Source: Macrostomum lignano (Eukaryota). From it: a stretch of DNA of 64,000 nt. Location of the stretch: positions 62,001 through 126,000 of the forward strand of contig NIVC01000687.1 in NCBI GenBank assembly GCA_002269645.1. The letters run 5' to 3'. This document shows positions 60,101 to 64,000 of the stretch, in pieces. The notes beneath the pieces are model-generated. The model saw only the letters and a list, made by a program, of their open reading frames with translations, made no database searches and was not told the origin of the DNA. Each line of letters starts with the position of its first letter. The first letter of the stretch is position 1. Made by a program: the position numbers and the translations under genes.

Positions 60101-63100
60101 TTTTGTTAACTTTACCTGAGGCTGATACTGACTGACTGTGAAATCGGTTGCGCAATGAATTGATTCAATTAGTTCAATATTTTTATCTGTGCCTTTTAAC
60201 ACGAAGCTGTGCGTAGTTCTAACCCTAACCCTAACCCTAACCCTAATGAATCTGGCGAGTTGAGTTGTTTGACGGAAAAAATTCGATTAAGTCAAGTTTA
60301 GCGGAGACGATTTCAATGTTTAAATTCTGACGGAGAAGATTTCTGTTTCGTGGAGAGGATTTCGATGATGTTCAGTTTCACGAAAGGATTTCCATGGTGT
60401 TCAGTTTCACGGAGAGGATTTCGATCATGTTCAGCTTCACGGAGAGGCTTTCTGTTTCGCTGAGATAATTTATGATTGATTTCTGTTTTATGGAAACAAT
60501 TTTGATGGATTCAGGTTTCAAGGAGAGGATTTCGAAGGAGTCCAGTTTCACTGAGAGGATTTCGATGGTTTTTAGTTGCACAGACAGGATTTTTGCTTCG
60601 CGGAGAGGATTTGATGGATTTGGCATCTTCAATCAGTCAGAGAAGAGAGTAAAGAGAAGACTGAAAAGAGAAGAGAGAAGAGATGATAGAAAACAGAGTA
60701 AAATTGAGTGGAGAGATTAGACATGACAGATTGGAGATGATAGGAGAGAGAATAGATGAGGGATAAGAGCGTACAGAGGCAATAGAAGAGAGGGGAGAGT
60801 AGAGGAGAAAGAAAGAGTGAGATGAGGAGATGAGGAGATGAGGGATGAGAGAGGAGGGGAGAGAGGAGACAGGAGAGAGTACAGACGAAAGACTAGGGAG
60901 AAGATATAAATAAGGTAGTAAAGATGAGAGGAGAGAGAGGAGAGAGAAGCGAAAGGAGAAGAGAGTGAGGAGAGAGGAGAGAGATGAAAGGAGCAAGGAA
61001 AGGAGAAAAGAGAGAATGGAGAGAATAGAAAAGAGAGAAGAGAAGAGACAGGGGATAGTGAAAAGGAGGAAGAAAGATGGGAGACAAGAAAGTAGTGTCA
61101 GAGCGTATATGAAATATGAGAAATGAGAGCAGAGAGAAGAGAAAAGAGAAGAGAGAGAGAGGGTTAAGAGAGACGATAGATAAGTGAGTAGAGATGACAT
61201 ATGAGAGAGGAGAGAAGAGGGAGAGATAAGAGTGAAGAGAGGAGACAGAAGACAGGAGAAGGTACAGACGAAAGACGAGGGAGAAGAGATAAATAAGGGA
61301 GCAGGGGTAGAGATGAGATGAAGAGAGGAGAGAGGAGATATGAGAGACTTGAGAGTCTTTGAGCTATGGTCTTTGAAAGATTTTGTAAAGAATTTGGAGA
61401 CGATTTGGAAGATAGGGTTAAAGACATGGAATTTCAGTTGATGGATATTTCAGGGAATAGAATTCCGGTGATGGGAGTTCTTCCCCTTTCTCCTCCGAAG
61501 GAGGAGTTCCACTCGTATATACTAAAGTTGACGCGTTGTTTGTCTGTCTGTCTGTCTGTGTGTCTGTCATTTCGACAACTCCTCCTTGAATAGTGCCAAC
61601 TCAGCGTTGAAACTTATATGGGAAGATTGGAAATTATCCGAGGTCGGCTATAGGCTATTTTAATTCTGAAATTTTAATTTCTAAGATCCTCAAAAAAGCA
61701 GAAAACGGCGGTCTTGACCTTTGATAATCTTAATTGTCCCCTCTTTCTGCTTGGAGCTGAAAATTTGCATGAATTTCAAGTGATTGCGCCACAACTTTTC
61801 CCTATCTCTGCAGTGTATTTTCTCTCCAGTGGGGGATGGGGCGTTCTAAATGGCTGCATGTGTACAATCGGACCCTGGCTCACCGGCTGACTTTATAGAC
61901 AATTGCGCAAAGATTTGTGTTCTAATTTTCAATAGGCAGCCCTGTGTTTTGTTGAACCTTGAAATTCAATGCATAAACTTGCGGGCCTCTTTAGCAGGCA
62001 GTGAACGTACAATTGATATTTCAATGCTTTAAATCAGAAAGTTTCAAACGCAAACTGTTGCTCGAGTTTTTAACTTTGAGAGAAAAAATTAATATTGCTG
62101 GAAAGAACTTGCAAAGCTGATTTCAGGGATATAAATTGTTTGCTTTAAATATGAAAAGAAAAAGCACAGCATTGAAAAAACTATTTCCATACTTTTAACT
62201 TTCTGCAAAAATTGTACTCAGTTTTGCGAGACGTAATAGATAAAGTTGGGGGAGAGTTCAACTTCTCACTGCTGCTGTGTATTGGAGGGTTGATTTAGAT
62301 TGCGCAATGTTTTTGTTAACTTTAACTGAGACTGATACTGACTGACTGAGAAATCGGTTGCACAATCAATTGATTCAATTGGTTCAATTTTTTATTTGAA
62401 CACGCAGCTGTGTGTAGCTCTAACCCTAACCCTAACCCTAACAATAACCCTAACCAATGAATCCTGATATTTATTTTTTTGACGGAGAAAATTTCGATTG
62501 AGTCCAGTTTAAAAGAGAGAATTTCGATGGTTTTCAGTTTCACGGAAAGGATTTCGAAGGAGTCCAGTTTCACGGAGAGGATTTCGATGGTTTTCAGTTG
62601 CACGGACAGGATTTCTGCTTCGCGGAGAGGATCTTGATGGATTTGGCATCTTCAATCAGTCAGAGAAAAGAGTAAAGAGAAGAATGAAAGCAGAAGAGAG
62701 ATGAGATGATAGAAAACAGAGTAGAAATAAGTGGAGATATTAGACATGACAGATTGGAGAGAAGAGGGGATTTAGGCGGGAACGAAGAGGGAGAGAGAAG
62801 AAAAGAGGAGAGAGGAGAGAAAATAGATTAGGGATAAGAGCGTACAGAGAAAATAGAAGAGAGGGGAGAGTAGAGGAGAAAGAAAGAGTGAGATGAGGGG
62901 ATGAGGGATGAGAGAGGAGGGGAGACAGGAGAGACAAGAAAGGAGAAAAGAGGGGAGAAAGGAGAAAGGAGAGAGTAGAGACGAAGGACCAGTTAGAAGA
63001 TATAAATACGGCAGTAGAGATGAGAGAAGAGATAAGAGAGAGAAGCGAGAGAAGAAGCGAGAGGAGAAGAGAAAGAGGAGAGAGGAGAGAGATGAAATAG

Positions 63101-64000
63101 ATAAGAGAGTTAAGAGAGGAAAGTAGTGAGGAGAGGAGAGATGAGAGATGCGATGATAAGAGATGAGTAACAACATAAGAGAGAAGAGAGAAGAGAGGGG
63201 AGAAGATAAAAGGAGCAAGGGGAGGAGAAAAGAGAGAATGGAGAGGATAGAAAAGAGAGAAGAGAAGAGACAGGGAAAAGTGGAAAGGAGGAAAGAAAGA
63301 TTGAGACAAGTAAGTGGAGTGTGAGAGCGTATATGAGATATGAGAAATGAGAGCAGAGAGGAAAGAAAAGAGAAGAGAGAGAGGGTTAAGAGAGACAATA
63401 GATAAGTGAATAGGGATGACATATAAAAGAGGAGAGAAGAGGGAGAGATAAGAGAGAAGAGAGAAGACAGGAGACAGAAGTGAAGAGGAGAGATATGAGA
63501 GAAGAGAGGAGACAAGAGACAGGAGAGGGTACAGACGAAAGACGAGGGAGAAAACATAAATAAGGGAGTACGGGTAGAGATGAGATGAGAGAGGAAGAGA
63601 GAAGAGAGTCACGATAATAGCACAGAGTGGAGAGAGTAGATATGAGAGACGTGAGAGTCTTTGAGCTATGGTCTTTGAAAGGTTTTCTAAAGAATTTGGA
63701 GACGATTTGGAAGATAGGGTTCAAGACATGGAATTTCAGTTGATGGATATTTCAGGGAATGGAATTCCGGTGATGGGAGTTCTTCCCCTTTCTCCTCCGA
63801 AGGAGGAGTTCCACTTTCTCTATCTTAATACTAAAACTGGTGCGTTGTTTGTCTGTGTGTGTGTGTGTTTGTTGGATATCTCCTCCTAGAATACTTGCAA
63901 GTCAGCGTTGAAACTTATGTGGGAAAACTGCAAATTTTCCGAGGATGGCTTTAGGCTATTTTAATCTTTTATTTTTACATTTTAAGATCCCTAAAAAAGC
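57101..64000 (+). mobile_element. Head-to-tail array of about 2.2-kb non-autonomous Helitron-like elements (57101-59312, 59313-61516, 61517-63815, partial from about 63823)
   Basis: 5' TCTATATATACTAAAG...(GTCT)n. 3' hairpin CTCCTCC-GAA-GGAGGAG (59286-59302) ends about 10 nt before a CTCGT terminus. No target-site duplication between units. Interior has (CCCTAA)n, 30-bp repeats and a purine tract. Confidence 0.75.

Noticed and set aside
58432-63724. Leu/Ser-rich 'membrane protein' ORFs and MEFQLMD ORFs
   Set aside because: They are translations of the purine tract and 3' region of the repeated element.

Overview
Eukaryotic (animal) DNA: GC-rich spliced exons, minisatellite-filled introns, SINEs, MITEs, LINE fragments and Helitron-like elements. 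The style suggests a Macrostomum-like flatworm, which is an inference and not verified. (1) 1-26.8 kb is a tandem segmental amplification of at least 3 units (W partial, X about 2170-16296, Y about 16297-26775). Each full unit carries two divergent secreted PAN/apple + fibrinogen-domain (FReD) genes plus the last two exons of the CC2D1/lgd gene, whose final intron hosts one of the FReD genes. The FReD paralogues show hypervariable ligand-binding loops and a near-identical, apparently gene-converted internal tract. (2) 21.6-41.6 kb holds four conserved minus-strand genes (WDR18, ELOF1, SIAH, CC2D1). Each has a 3' splice acceptor at or within 5 nt of its coding start, and WDR18 has no ATG of its own, which makes this a candidate SL trans-spliced operon. 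(3) 41.6-46.2 kb is almost free of CpG and rich in TpA, and looks hypermutated. (4) 49-56 kb has RTE-like LINE fragments and an intronless secreted PAN + LamG/pentraxin-like gene. (5) 56.7-64 kb is a head-to-tail array of about 2.2-kb non-autonomous Helitron-like elements. All exon boundaries, counts and alignments were done by eye.
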